Origin: an uncultured SAR86 cluster bacterium
Lineage (GTDB): Bacteria > Pseudomonadota > Gammaproteobacteria > Magnimaribacterales > AG-339-G14
Direction of reading: 5' to 3'
DNA: 64,000 bases
Assembly (NCBI GenBank): GCA_902536295.1
Contig: CACAWS010000001.1
Coordinates: 142,658-206,657 of the forward strand
A program made the translations under genes and the position numbers. Of this stretch, positions 1 through 8,979 are shown in pieces. The notes beneath the pieces were generated by a model. The model was given only the letters and a program-made list of their open reading frames with translations, had not been told where the DNA came from and did no database searches. Position 1 is the stretch's first letter. The number at the start of each line of letters is the position of its first letter.

Positions 1-777
1 AGATTCAACATAAAAAAAATAGTTGAAATCTACGGTGCCACAGAGGCAGTGGGTATGACAGTAAACTCTGCAGGTAGATCAGGGATGATAGGAAGAAAAC
101 GATCTGATTCAAGCATAATAAAATGTAACAAGGATGATGGGTCTCCAATATTAAATAATAAAGGTTTCTGCACAAAAGTATCTGAAGGAGAAACTGGGCT
201 TTATATTCAGAAAATTAGTTCATCAGCAAAGTTTCAAGGTTATTTAGATTCACAAGCTTCAAATAAAAAAATATTACAAAATGTATTTGCAGAAGGAGAT
301 CATTACTTTAATACTGGAGATTTAATTACACTCCATGATAATAACTGGCTTTCTTTCGCAGATAGAGTAGGTGATACATATAGATGGAAAAGTGAAAATG
401 TATCTACTATGGAAGTTGCAGCAATTTTAAATAATGCTATTGGAGTTATGGATTGTAACGTTTATGGGGTAAAAATAGATTCAGCTGAGGGAAAAGCTGG
501 AATGGCAGCCATGAATGTCTCAGATGAATTTAACTTCAATTCTTTCACCGATCATGTAAATAAAAATTTAAATACCTTTCAAAGGCCTTATTTTTTAAGG
601 CTAACTAAAGATATGAAAACAACAGGAACCTTTAAGCACCAAAAAGAAGATTTAAAAAAACAAGGGTTCGATCCTAATCTGATTACAGATAAACTTTATT
701 TTTATCAAAAAGATTCTTACATAGAAATTGATAATAATTTATTCACTCGTATTCATTCTGGAGAGGAAAGATTTTGA
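1..777 (+). CDS. Long-chain acyl-CoA synthetase, FATP/VLACS-like (5'-truncated by window edge)
   Basis: Frame is open from base 1 (RFNIKKIVEIYGATEA...). Contains YGATE, FNTGDL, DRVGDTYRWKSENVST, GKAGMAA and TGTFKHQK, typical of FATP-like adenylate-forming enzymes. Confidence 0.9.
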   Translation, partial: RFNIKKIVEIYGATEAVGMTVNSAGRSGMIGRKRSDSSIIKCNKDDGSPILNNKGFCTKVSEGETGLYIQKISSSAKFQGYLDSQASNKKILQNVFAEGDHYFNTGDLITLHDNNWLSFADRVGDTYRWKSENVSTMEVAAILNNAIGVMDCNVYGVKIDSAEGKAGMAAMNVSDEFNFNSFTDHVNKNLNTFQRPYFLRLTKDMKTTGTFKHQKEDLKKQGFDPNLITDKLYFYQKDSYIEIDNNLFTRIHSGEERF

Positions 778-2126
778 TTAGAAAAGCGATTAGAAATTTC
801 CTTTCACGAAGAACCTTTGCCTATAAGACAAGAAACTCTACTATGAATAAATTTTCAAGTTTTGAAAATTTTAAGAATATTAGAAATAAAGCTGAATTAG
901 AAAGAATAAAAGAAGAAAGAAATCATGAAGTTTTATATTTTCATAAAGTAGATGATCCCTATTCTCATTTAACAATTCAATTTATAGAAAAGTTTAAAAA
1001 TGAGTATTCTATAGATTTTATTCCCATTCTCGTTGGAGATGAAAATCCTGAGACACTTCACGAACCTGATTTATATAGAAAGTATTGTCTTGAAGATGTT
1101 ATTAGAATATCTCCATATTATGGTATTGATTTCAATGGAACATCTTATCCACAAAGAACCCTTGTGAATAAAGCAAATTCAATTCTTGCTTCAACCAATT
1201 CAGATCAATTTATAAATGTTGCAAAAAAAGTAAGTACCCATTTATGGAATCAAGATGAAATTGAACTTTCAAATATGCAAAAAGATTATCCTTGTTCGAT
1301 GGATGAAGTTTCTGCCATTTTGGCTAGAGGAAACCAAATCAGAAATGAAAGTGGATATTATTTTGGATCGGCTTTTTATTACGAAAAAGAACTTTATTGG
1401 GGGGTTGATCGTCTAGGTCATCTTGAAGAAAGATTAATTGAATTAGAGGCAAAGAAAACACCTAATAATGAATTAATAGCTCCTTTGCTTTTAAATGCTC
1501 CAGATAGGTTAGATTTTGGTAAAAATTTTAATTTAACTTATTACCCTTCTCTTAATAGTCCTTATACATTTATAAGCGCAAAAAGAGTAAGAGAACTTAG
1601 AGAAAATTATCCTATTAATTTGATTACTAGACCTGTCTTACCAATGTTGATGAGAATGATGACAATTCCAGCTTTTAAAGCAAAGTATATTATTTCTGAT
1701 GCTGCCAGAGAGGGAAGAAAATATGATTATGAGATGAAGGAAATCTTTTCGCCAATAGGGAAACCAGCAAGAAAGGCATATTCATTATTTCCAATAATAG
1801 ATAAATACTCTAAAGGTTTTGAATACATAGACGGATTACTTAAAGCTTCATTTCAAGATGGTATCAACATAGGTGAAGAATCTTTTTTAGAAAATTTGGT
1901 AGTAAATATAGGTCTCGATTGGAACAAAATAAAGAGTTCTTTAAATAGTACCGAGTGGAAAAAAATTCTAAATGAAAATGTAGAGGATATGTATAAAGGG
2001 AATTGTTGGGGAGTGCCAAGCTTTAAATTAACTGATCCTGATGGCGGCAATCCTTTTTATGTTTGGGGTCAAGACCGCATGTGGTTAGTTAAAGAAGAAA
2101 TTTTTAAAAGAATACAAAAAGTATAA
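774..2126 (+). CDS. Tandem-domain DsbA/GST-kappa (2-hydroxychromene-2-carboxylate isomerase-like) protein
   Basis: Two repeats: YFHKVDDPYS...YWGVDRL and YYPSLNSPYT...WGVPSF...WGQDRM. TTG start overlaps the upstream stop. Confidence 0.75.
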   Translation: MIRKAIRNFLSRRTFAYKTRNSTMNKFSSFENFKNIRNKAELERIKEERNHEVLYFHKVDDPYSHLTIQFIEKFKNEYSIDFIPILVGDENPETLHEPDLYRKYCLEDVIRISPYYGIDFNGTSYPQRTLVNKANSILASTNSDQFINVAKKVSTHLWNQDEIELSNMQKDYPCSMDEVSAILARGNQIRNESGYYFGSAFYYEKELYWGVDRLGHLEERLIELEAKKTPNNELIAPLLLNAPDRLDFGKNFNLTYYPSLNSPYTFISAKRVRELRENYPINLITRPVLPMLMRMMTIPAFKAKYIISDAAREGRKYDYEMKEIFSPIGKPARKAYSLFPIIDKYSKGFEYIDGLLKASFQDGINIGEESFLENLVVNIGLDWNKIKSSLNSTEWKKILNENVEDMYKGNCWGVPSFKLTDPDGGNPFYVWGQDRMWLVKEEIFKRIQKV

Positions 2127-2198
2127 GAACTTCACCATTTCCAAATGAATTAAAAAAAACTTTTTTACTCTAAGTTTTTAGAATCTTCAAAAACCTAA

Positions 2199-2324
2199 AT
2201 GAAAAAAATAAAAAAAAGACAAAATCTTGTTGCTAAAAATGCAAGAAAATTTAATAAGGCTAGTGTTTTTGCGGATAAGAAAAAATATAATAGAAAGAGT
2301 AAATATTCCCAAGAAAATGAATAA
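2199..2324 (+). CDS. Small basic protein (41 aa), ArfA-like candidate
   Basis: Hand translation: MKKIKKRQNLVAKNARKFNKASVFADKKKYNRKSKYSQENE. Overlaps the CBS start by 8 nt. Below the ORF-track cutoff. Confidence 0.6.
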   Translation: MKKIKKRQNLVAKNARKFNKASVFADKKKYNRKSKYSQENE

Positions 2325-3294
2325 TGTTTTTAACAGTATCCTCGATATGGTAGGAAACACTCCCCTTCTTAAAATAAATAACATTGATACTGGTTTATGT
2401 GACCTATACGTAAAACTCGAGAATCTTAATCCAGGAGGTTCAATAAAAGATAGAGTTGGCTTACAAATGATTGATGATGCAGAGAAAAAAGGAATTCTTA
2501 AGAAAGGAGGCACAATAGTTGAATGTACGGCGGGGAATACTGGATTAGGTTTAGCATTAGCAGCTAAATTAAAAGGATATAAATTAATTTTGGTTATTCC
2601 AGACAAAATGAGTCAAGAAAAAGTCATGCACTTAGAAGCAATGGGTGTGGATATTGTTTTTACTAGATCCGACGTAGAAAAAGGTCATCCTGACCATTAT
2701 CAAGATTTAGCTGCGAAAATTGTATCTGAAACTCCAGGAGCTTTTTTTACTGACCAATTTAATAATCCATCTAATCCTTACATTCACGAAACAACTACAG
2801 GACCAGAAATTTGGGAACAAATGAATGGTGATATAGATGCTTTTGTAGCGGGAGTAGGAACAGGAGGAACGATAAGCGGTGTTGGTAAATTTCTTAAATC
2901 CAAGAATCCAAATATTTCTTTAATTGTTGCTGATCCAGAAGGATCTGTAGTTGCAGACGCCGTAAATAAAGGATCTTTTAAATATGAAAATGGATCTTGG
3001 TTAGTAGAAGGAATTGGCGAAGATCATATTCCAGGTAATTTAAATTTAAATATTATAGATGAAGGTATTTATGTCTCAGATAAAAATGCTTTTGAAATGT
3101 TAAACAAACTTCTTCAAGAAGAAGGCATATTAGCTGGCACATCATGCGGTACATTATTAGAAGCAGCTGTAAAATGGTGTAAACTCCAAAAAGAACCTAA
3201 AAAAGTAGTCACTTTAATTTGCGATACAGGTAATAAATACTTGTCTAAAGCGTACAATAAAGAATGGCTAAAAAAAAATATCCTAAATGAGTAA
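2317..3294 (+). CDS. Cystathionine beta-synthase / cysteine synthase family (PLP), no C-terminal CBS domains
   Basis: GNTPL, NPGGSIKDR, TAGNTG, GVGTGGT, VEGIG, CDTGNKYLSK. Start moved to ATG 2317 (MNNVFNSILD). Confidence 0.88.
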   Translation: MNNVFNSILDMVGNTPLLKINNIDTGLCDLYVKLENLNPGGSIKDRVGLQMIDDAEKKGILKKGGTIVECTAGNTGLGLALAAKLKGYKLILVIPDKMSQEKVMHLEAMGVDIVFTRSDVEKGHPDHYQDLAAKIVSETPGAFFTDQFNNPSNPYIHETTTGPEIWEQMNGDIDAFVAGVGTGGTISGVGKFLKSKNPNISLIVADPEGSVVADAVNKGSFKYENGSWLVEGIGEDHIPGNLNLNIIDEGIYVSDKNAFEMLNKLLQEEGILAGTSCGTLLEAAVKWCKLQKEPKKVVTLICDTGNKYLSKAYNKEWLKKNILNE

Positions 3295-4450
3295 GAAAAA
3301 AAATCATCAGTTTGAGACAAAAGTTATTCATTCTGGTCAAAAACCTGATCCAACTACAGGTGCGGTTATGACACCAATTGTATTGGCTTCTACATACAAC
3401 CAATCAAGTCCTGGAGTTCATAAAGGATACGATTATTCCAGATCAACAAATCCTACAAGAGAGGCTTTTGAAAATTGTATCGCTGATTTAGAAAACGGAA
3501 TCAAAGGTTATGGTTTTTCTTCTGGAGTAGCAGCTATATCCGCTTGTGTAGAGTTGCTATCGCCAGGAGATCATATTATTGCTATGGATGATTTATATGG
3601 TGGCTCAGTAAGGTTATTTAACGAAATAAAAAGCATATCTCAGGGTATAGAAATTTCATATGTAGATATGACAGATATTATTAATATAAAAAATAATATA
3701 AAAAATAATACAAAAATGATATTTATAGAAACTCCTACAAATCCATTACTAAAAATTTCAGATCTTTCTAAGATTACTAAATTGGCAAAAAAAGAAAATA
3801 TAATTACTGTTTGTGATAATACTTTTGCTTCACCTTATAATCAAAGGCCTATTGATTTTGGAGTAGATATTGTTATTCACTCAGCTACAAAATATATTGG
3901 CGGCCATTCAGACTTAATTGCTGGAGCGTTAATTATTGGTAAAAATGATAAAAAGTTAATTGATAGGATGTCTAATATTCACAATTCTCTAGGCCCAATA
4001 ACTAGTGCATTTGATAGCTATCTTTTATTAAGAAGTTTAAAAACTTTGGTAGTTAGAATGGAAAGACATAATAAAAGTGCCTTTGAAATCGCTAATTATT
4101 TAAAAAAACGCAAAGATATCAAAAATGTAATTTATCCAGGATTAAAAAATCATCCTCAACATAAATTATCTTCAAAACAAATGAATGGTTTTGGGGGAAT
4201 TATTTCTTTTGAAATAAAAGGTAACTTATCCAAAGCTAAATCTTTTCTAAGAAAAACAAAAATTTTTACACTAGCTGAAAGTTTAGGAGGAGTAGAAAGT
4301 CTCATCGAGCATCCAGGATTGATGACTCATGCTTCATTATCTAAACAAAGAAGAGACGAGATAGGAATATCAGATACCTTGATAAGGTTATCAGTAGGTC
4401 TAGAGAATGTAGACGATCTTAAAAGAGATTTAGATCAAGCTCTAAATTAA
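3287..4450 (+). CDS. Cystathionine gamma-lyase/synthase
   Basis: DPTTGAVMTPI, YDYSRSTNPTR, ETPTNP, DNTFASP, HSATKYIGGHSD, LAESLGGVESL. Translationally coupled to CBS. Confidence 0.9.
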   Translation: MSKKKNHQFETKVIHSGQKPDPTTGAVMTPIVLASTYNQSSPGVHKGYDYSRSTNPTREAFENCIADLENGIKGYGFSSGVAAISACVELLSPGDHIIAMDDLYGGSVRLFNEIKSISQGIEISYVDMTDIINIKNNIKNNTKMIFIETPTNPLLKISDLSKITKLAKKENIITVCDNTFASPYNQRPIDFGVDIVIHSATKYIGGHSDLIAGALIIGKNDKKLIDRMSNIHNSLGPITSAFDSYLLLRSLKTLVVRMERHNKSAFEIANYLKKRKDIKNVIYPGLKNHPQHKLSSKQMNGFGGIISFEIKGNLSKAKSFLRKTKIFTLAESLGGVESLIEHPGLMTHASLSKQRRDEIGISDTLIRLSVGLENVDDLKRDLDQALN

Positions 4451-5217
4451 GGATGTATTTTATATCTGAAGAGATTTTTTAATTTTCTGAATAAGATTTT
4501 GAATTTATAAATTGAACTTTGTTTCAAGCGTTTTAATTCTCTCTTAATCTTGAAATTAATATTAAGCTTTTCTCTTCTATTTCCAAAATTATCAATGACA
4601 CTTTCAAATTCATCATTAGTTTCTACAGAATAAGGCTTTAAACCATATATTTTAATTCCTTCAAATATAAACCATTGTTTATCAACATCAACAGGCCTTC
4701 CAAAAGGATTTGATAGATCAAGAAGTCTTGCAGCTCCTTCTTTAGAGACTAAGTCTGCACAAGAAAGTGTTGGGGGTTTTAAATAACTTACTAATTTGAA
4801 TTTATTAAAATTCCCAATTTCCATTGCTTTTCTTGGAGATTCTTTAAGATCTGTTAATTTTAAAATATGCCATTGAATTTTTAAATCCTCGATATTATCA
4901 AGTATAAGTTTTAGATCATTTTTTAAAAAAATATCATCCTCTAATACTAAACCGTAATCGACTCCATCTTTTATGATCTCTTTCCAGGCGTTTCTTTGTG
5001 CAATATAACATCCAATTTCTCCATCAGTTAAAGGAATATGATATTTTTGAGAATTAAGTTTTTTTGAATAATATTTTTTCTTCAAATCCTCATTAACAGT
5101 AACATCAATACCCGGAATTCTTTTGAACGGCAATTTTAAATAGTTTAGTTGATTAGAAATAAACTCTAATCTTTCGACAGATGAAGACATATTTATGACA
5201 TAAACTTGAAATGCCAT
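4447..5217 (-). CDS. Glycosyltransferase family 25
   Basis: YVINM...RL, GEIGC, LVLEDD and PVD motifs. Confidence 0.85.
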   Translation of the reverse strand: MAFQVYVINMSSSVERLEFISNQLNYLKLPFKRIPGIDVTVNEDLKKKYYSKKLNSQKYHIPLTDGEIGCYIAQRNAWKEIIKDGVDYGLVLEDDIFLKNDLKLILDNIEDLKIQWHILKLTDLKESPRKAMEIGNFNKFKLVSYLKPPTLSCADLVSKEGAARLLDLSNPFGRPVDVDKQWFIFEGIKIYGLKPYSVETNDEFESVIDNFGNRREKLNINFKIKRELKRLKQSSIYKFKILFRKLKNLFRYKIHP

Positions 5218-5230
5218 TGAGATTTAAGGC

Positions 5231-5617
5231 TTAAGCGTCGAAATTAAAAAAAGTGAGTTTGTTTCCATCAAGATCATAAACATAGGCGCCATAAAAAGGA
5301 CCAGCTCTTTGGCCAGGTTCTCCATCATCCTTAGCACCTAAAGAAATAGCTTTTGCGTACATGGCGTCAACTTCCTCTTTTGAATCTAGCGCAATGCCCT
5401 TCATTGACCCATTGCCATTAGTGGCCGGCGCACCATTATAAGGAATAGCTATAGCTAAAATGACTGAATTATCTTCAGGCGACATCCACATAGTTATTCT
5501 GTCATTAGCAGGAAATTTAAATGCATTCACTAAACTCAAGAGATTGTCATAGAAATCTTCTGCTGCTTCTTTATTATTTGTTCCTAATGTTGAATAGTGC
5601 TTTAGTTTTGTTGCCAT
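5231..5617 (-). CDS. VOC (glyoxalase/bleomycin resistance) family protein
   Basis: GNGSM, EEVDAMYAKAISLGAKDDGEPG, FYGAYVYDLDGNKL. Confidence 0.88.
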   Translation of the reverse strand: MATKLKHYSTLGTNNKEAAEDFYDNLLSLVNAFKFPANDRITMWMSPEDNSVILAIAIPYNGAPATNGNGSMKGIALDSKEEVDAMYAKAISLGAKDDGEPGQRAGPFYGAYVYDLDGNKLTFFNFDA

Positions 5618-6474
5618 TATTTAAAAATTACAGTTTTGTTGTCATTTAAAAAAACTCTTTGTTCTGAGTGATATTGTACAGCTTTTGCTAAAGTAATGGA
5701 TTCTATATCTCTACCAATTACCTCCATATCTTCTGGAGATTTTGTATGATCAATCCTATCCACTGTTTGTTCTATGATGGGGCCTTCATCTAAATCACCA
5801 GTTACGTAATGAGCAGTAGCACCAAGAATTTTTACTCCTTTAGAATAAGCTTGATGATAAGGCTTGGCTCCCTTAAAACTAGGAAGGAAAGAATGATGAA
5901 TATTGATTATCCTTCCATAATATTCTTCACAAAATTCGTTCGAGAGTATTTGCATATATCTAGCTAATATAATCAAATCAACTTCATCTTTTAAAAGAAT
6001 GTCCTTTATTTTTTTTTCTGAAATTTTTTTATCACTTTTTGCAACTTCAACAAAATAAAAAGGAATGCCGTATCCCACGACAATTTTTTCTAAATCTGGA
6101 TGATTAGAAATTACAGACTTAATATTTAATTTCAAAGCATTAACACTATGACGATATAAAAGATCTTGCAAACAGTGACTATATTTAGAAACAAAAATTG
6201 AAGTGTTAGGATTTAAAACAGCATCTTCAAATGACCATTCCATTGATATTTCATTAGCTAAAACGTTGAAATTTTTATTAAAGTCTATCTTGTTAATTTC
6301 TTTATTTGGAGAAATAACTTTTATTCTCATGAAAAACTTTTCAGTTTCAGGGTCACCGTAATGAGCTGATTCTTTGATAAATAAATTATTTTCATTTAAA
6401 AAATTAGATACTTTTGCAACCAAACCTAATGCGTCTGGGCAAACCCCTCTTAAAATGTATTCTTTACTAGTCAA
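5617..6474 (-). CDS. purU: Formyltetrahydrofolate deformylase
   Basis: CPD.LGLVA ACT domain, LARYMQILS, INIHHSFLPSFKGAKPYHQA, GATAHYVT.DLDEGPII. Confidence 0.95.
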   Translation of the reverse strand: MTSKEYILRGVCPDALGLVAKVSNFLNENNLFIKESAHYGDPETEKFFMRIKVISPNKEINKIDFNKNFNVLANEISMEWSFEDAVLNPNTSIFVSKYSHCLQDLLYRHSVNALKLNIKSVISNHPDLEKIVVGYGIPFYFVEVAKSDKKISEKKIKDILLKDEVDLIILARYMQILSNEFCEEYYGRIINIHHSFLPSFKGAKPYHQAYSKGVKILGATAHYVTGDLDEGPIIEQTVDRIDHTKSPEDMEVIGRDIESITLAKAVQYHSEQRVFLNDNKTVIFK

Positions 6475-6943
6475 TTTCTCTATAAAAAAATTTTATTTTA
6501 CCGGTATTATTTTTAGGAATGTTTACCTCCCTAACTAATTCGCCGCCATCTTCATATATTTCTTGAGTAATGTCTACAGAATTTCCAAATAGATCAATAT
6601 TTTGAGAAAAAGAACCTGTAATTAAATTTTGCTCTTGCCCTTTCCAGTTTCTTAGATTGTTATAAATCATTGCATCCTTCTGATCAATACACTTTATATC
6701 TACAAGGATTTGACTATTTATTAAAACAATCGGCATAAAAAAGTTAATGATAAATTTATTCAATTTTTTAGACTCAAAAGAATCTAATCCATCAGTTAAA
6801 CCTGAAAAATTTTCTATTCTATTTAAATTCCATATTTTATTCACTTCACAACCTTCTGCTATTGGCATAGGTGAAAAAGTAATTAATCTAAAAATAAGAA
6901 TTAAAACTAAGGGAGTAAAAAAAACTAATGACAATCTTGTCAT
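6467..6943 (-). CDS. Membrane-anchored hypothetical protein, possible calycin/FABP-like beta-barrel
   Basis: N-terminal hydrophobic helix; WNLNRIENF motif; beta-rich C-terminus. Sits between mscS and purU with short or overlapping junctions. Confidence 0.6.
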   Translation of the reverse strand: MTRLSLVFFTPLVLILIFRLITFSPMPIAEGCEVNKIWNLNRIENFSGLTDGLDSFESKKLNKFIINFFMPIVLINSQILVDIKCIDQKDAMIYNNLRNWKGQEQNLITGSFSQNIDLFGNSVDITQEIYEDGGELVREVNIPKNNTGKIKFFYREID

Positions 6944-6946
6944 AAT

Positions 6947-8041
6947 TTATTGCTCTAAACTATTTTCAAAATATATTGATCTTGATGGAAAGGCAAAATC
7001 AGAATTGTTAGCTATTACTATTTCTTTTATTTTTAACAAAAGATTTTGCTTTACATCAGAATATTCAGTGTAAGAGTCTTTATTTGTATAACATAGAATT
7101 TCTAAATCGATAGAGCTTGCTCCAAATTCAATAGCTTTAGCAAATGAGTCTTGACTGGAATTAATACAAAAACCAAAAGCCTCGTCATTAATATATTTAT
7201 CTATTTCTTTACAAATATTAGAAATATCTTCCGCAGATGTTGAATAAATTAGATTTACTATCCATCTTATTCTTCGATATTTATTCAATCCATGATTAAT
7301 TACGCTTATATCAGATAAATCTTTATTTGGAATTATCATTGGCGAAGTATCAAATAAACGCACAGTAGTTGATCTAAATCCTATACTTTCTACAATCCCA
7401 TGAAATTGGCCAGGTACTTCTATCCTGTGGCCAGGTTGAAATCTATTTTCACCAATAATTAGCATTCCTGAAATAAGATTTTTGAATAAATCTTGCGCTC
7501 CTAATGCAATAGCTACTGAAAAAAGTCCTAGTCCTGCAATAAGAGGACCAATTTCTATACCAAATATGTCAAGGATTATTGCTAATCCTATAATCCAAAC
7601 CAATACCCTAGAAGACCTTTCTAGCCAAACTGACATAGCCTGAGTTAACCAAGTATTTTTAGATAAAACTGAAAATAAAGGGCTTACTAAATTAGAAAGA
7701 ACACTAAAAATTGTGTAAACAATTAAAGCTTTAACAATATTTGTTGCAACTAAATCAACGATTCCAGTAAGAGGTAAATAAATTGTTATTAAATAAATAC
7801 CTAAAGTGATTGGTATAAATCCAAGAGGTCTTTTAAGTGTATCTAATAATATATCGTCTAGGGCAGTATCCGTTTTAGAAGTTAATTTTTTTATGGAATT
7901 CACACCTAGATTGATAAAAATACCTCTAAGGATTAAAGAGAAAATCAAGATAAAGAAAGAAATCAATACCTCAGATATGCTGATTCCTAAGAATCCTGAA
8001 GTCCATACTTGATTTATTAAGTTAATAAAATCATCCATCAT
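6947..8041 (-). CDS. Small-conductance mechanosensitive channel, MscS family
   Basis: Multiple TM helices; LGAQDLFKNLISG, GIVESIGFRST, IPNK, FAFPSR. Confidence 0.92.
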   Translation of the reverse strand: MMDDFINLINQVWTSGFLGISISEVLISFFILIFSLILRGIFINLGVNSIKKLTSKTDTALDDILLDTLKRPLGFIPITLGIYLITIYLPLTGIVDLVATNIVKALIVYTIFSVLSNLVSPLFSVLSKNTWLTQAMSVWLERSSRVLVWIIGLAIILDIFGIEIGPLIAGLGLFSVAIALGAQDLFKNLISGMLIIGENRFQPGHRIEVPGQFHGIVESIGFRSTTVRLFDTSPMIIPNKDLSDISVINHGLNKYRRIRWIVNLIYSTSAEDISNICKEIDKYINDEAFGFCINSSQDSFAKAIEFGASSIDLEILCYTNKDSYTEYSDVKQNLLLKIKEIVIANNSDFAFPSRSIYFENSLEQ

Positions 8042-8061
8042 TGGAAGGATACTATTTATAG

Positions 8062-8979
8062 TTAGTTATTAAAATAACTCTTCTGAATTAAATGATCTAT
8101 CGTAGATATTTTTTTCTGTGTAGAGTCGATGAATACATGGATTCTTTTGTTATCATATCGTTCAACTCTTGCACTTCTTAAATTTTCTAAAAACTTTTCA
8201 ATAAATGACAATGTATCATCGTTTTTAGGTAGATTTTGGAAGCTTTTTTTTATGATTGTTAAGCATCTAAAAATTGATCTAGGAAAAGAATCATCTTTAA
8301 ATAAGAAACCTATAACATTATCCTTAATTATTTCTCCTCTAGATACTTTTCTGAAGGCTTGATGAGCAGATAAAGTTTTAAGCAAATTAACCCATTCTAA
8401 TGTTGAAAGGTCTATAGTTCCTTCTTTTTCATCTGAAGTACAAATTGAATCGATTATTCTTGTTATCATATCCGCTCTTTCAATAAACCTTCCTAGCCTT
8501 AAAAACTCAAATGCATAACCCCTTGAAAAATTGTCTGAAATTATTCCGAAAAATCTTTGTGATGATGATATAACTTCATAGATATTTTTTGCCCTTTTTC
8601 TTTTGCTCACCGAAGTAGTCATTTCCTTGAGAAAATTCATTTCATTATTATTAAGTTCTTCCACTGCAGATCTTGGCAGATCGTCTTTTATAAATTCAGA
8701 GTTATAAGAAGCAAAACTTAAGCAAGAGGCAATGGAATTTGGATTGTTTTTTTCTCTGCTTAGATAATGAATTACATCAGATTCATTAAAATTTTTGTGA
8801 TCTAACAAATAAGCATCTTTTGAATTCATTGCCTCTAAAATAGGCTCCCAGCCTAAAGATTTATCAGTAGGGAAATCTAACATCATTTCAACATTTACAT
8901 TTATTAGCCGCCCTGTGTTTTCCGCGCGCTCAATGTATCGAGCTAACCAATAAAGATGTTCAGCGTCTCTACTTAGCAT
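8062..8979 (-). CDS. Alpha-E domain protein (DUF403)
   Basis: MLSR.AE.LYWLARYIERAEN, a second ER motif LGRFIERAD, NPNSI, FPRSI. Confidence 0.92.
   Translation of the reverse strand: MLSRDAEHLYWLARYIERAENTGRLINVNVEMMLDFPTDKSLGWEPILEAMNSKDAYLLDHKNFNESDVIHYLSREKNNPNSIASCLSFASYNSEFIKDDLPRSAVEELNNNEMNFLKEMTTSVSKRKRAKNIYEVISSSQRFFGIISDNFSRGYAFEFLRLGRFIERADMITRIIDSICTSDEKEGTIDLSTLEWVNLLKTLSAHQAFRKVSRGEIIKDNVIGFLFKDDSFPRSIFRCLTIIKKSFQNLPKNDDTLSFIEKFLENLRSARVERYDNKRIHVFIDSTQKKISTIDHLIQKSYFNN

Noticed and set aside
2227-2316. N-terminal extension of the CBS ORF in the track (similar extensions at 16885, 20909, 43009, 56042, 15485)
   Set aside because: Family homology starts at downstream ATGs; the extensions overlap other genes, a riboswitch or a better small ORF.
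3683-3711. Short tandem repeat AATATAAAAAAT x2 in the gamma-lyase gene
   Set aside because: In-frame low-complexity Asn/Ile/Lys coding expected in AT-rich DNA.
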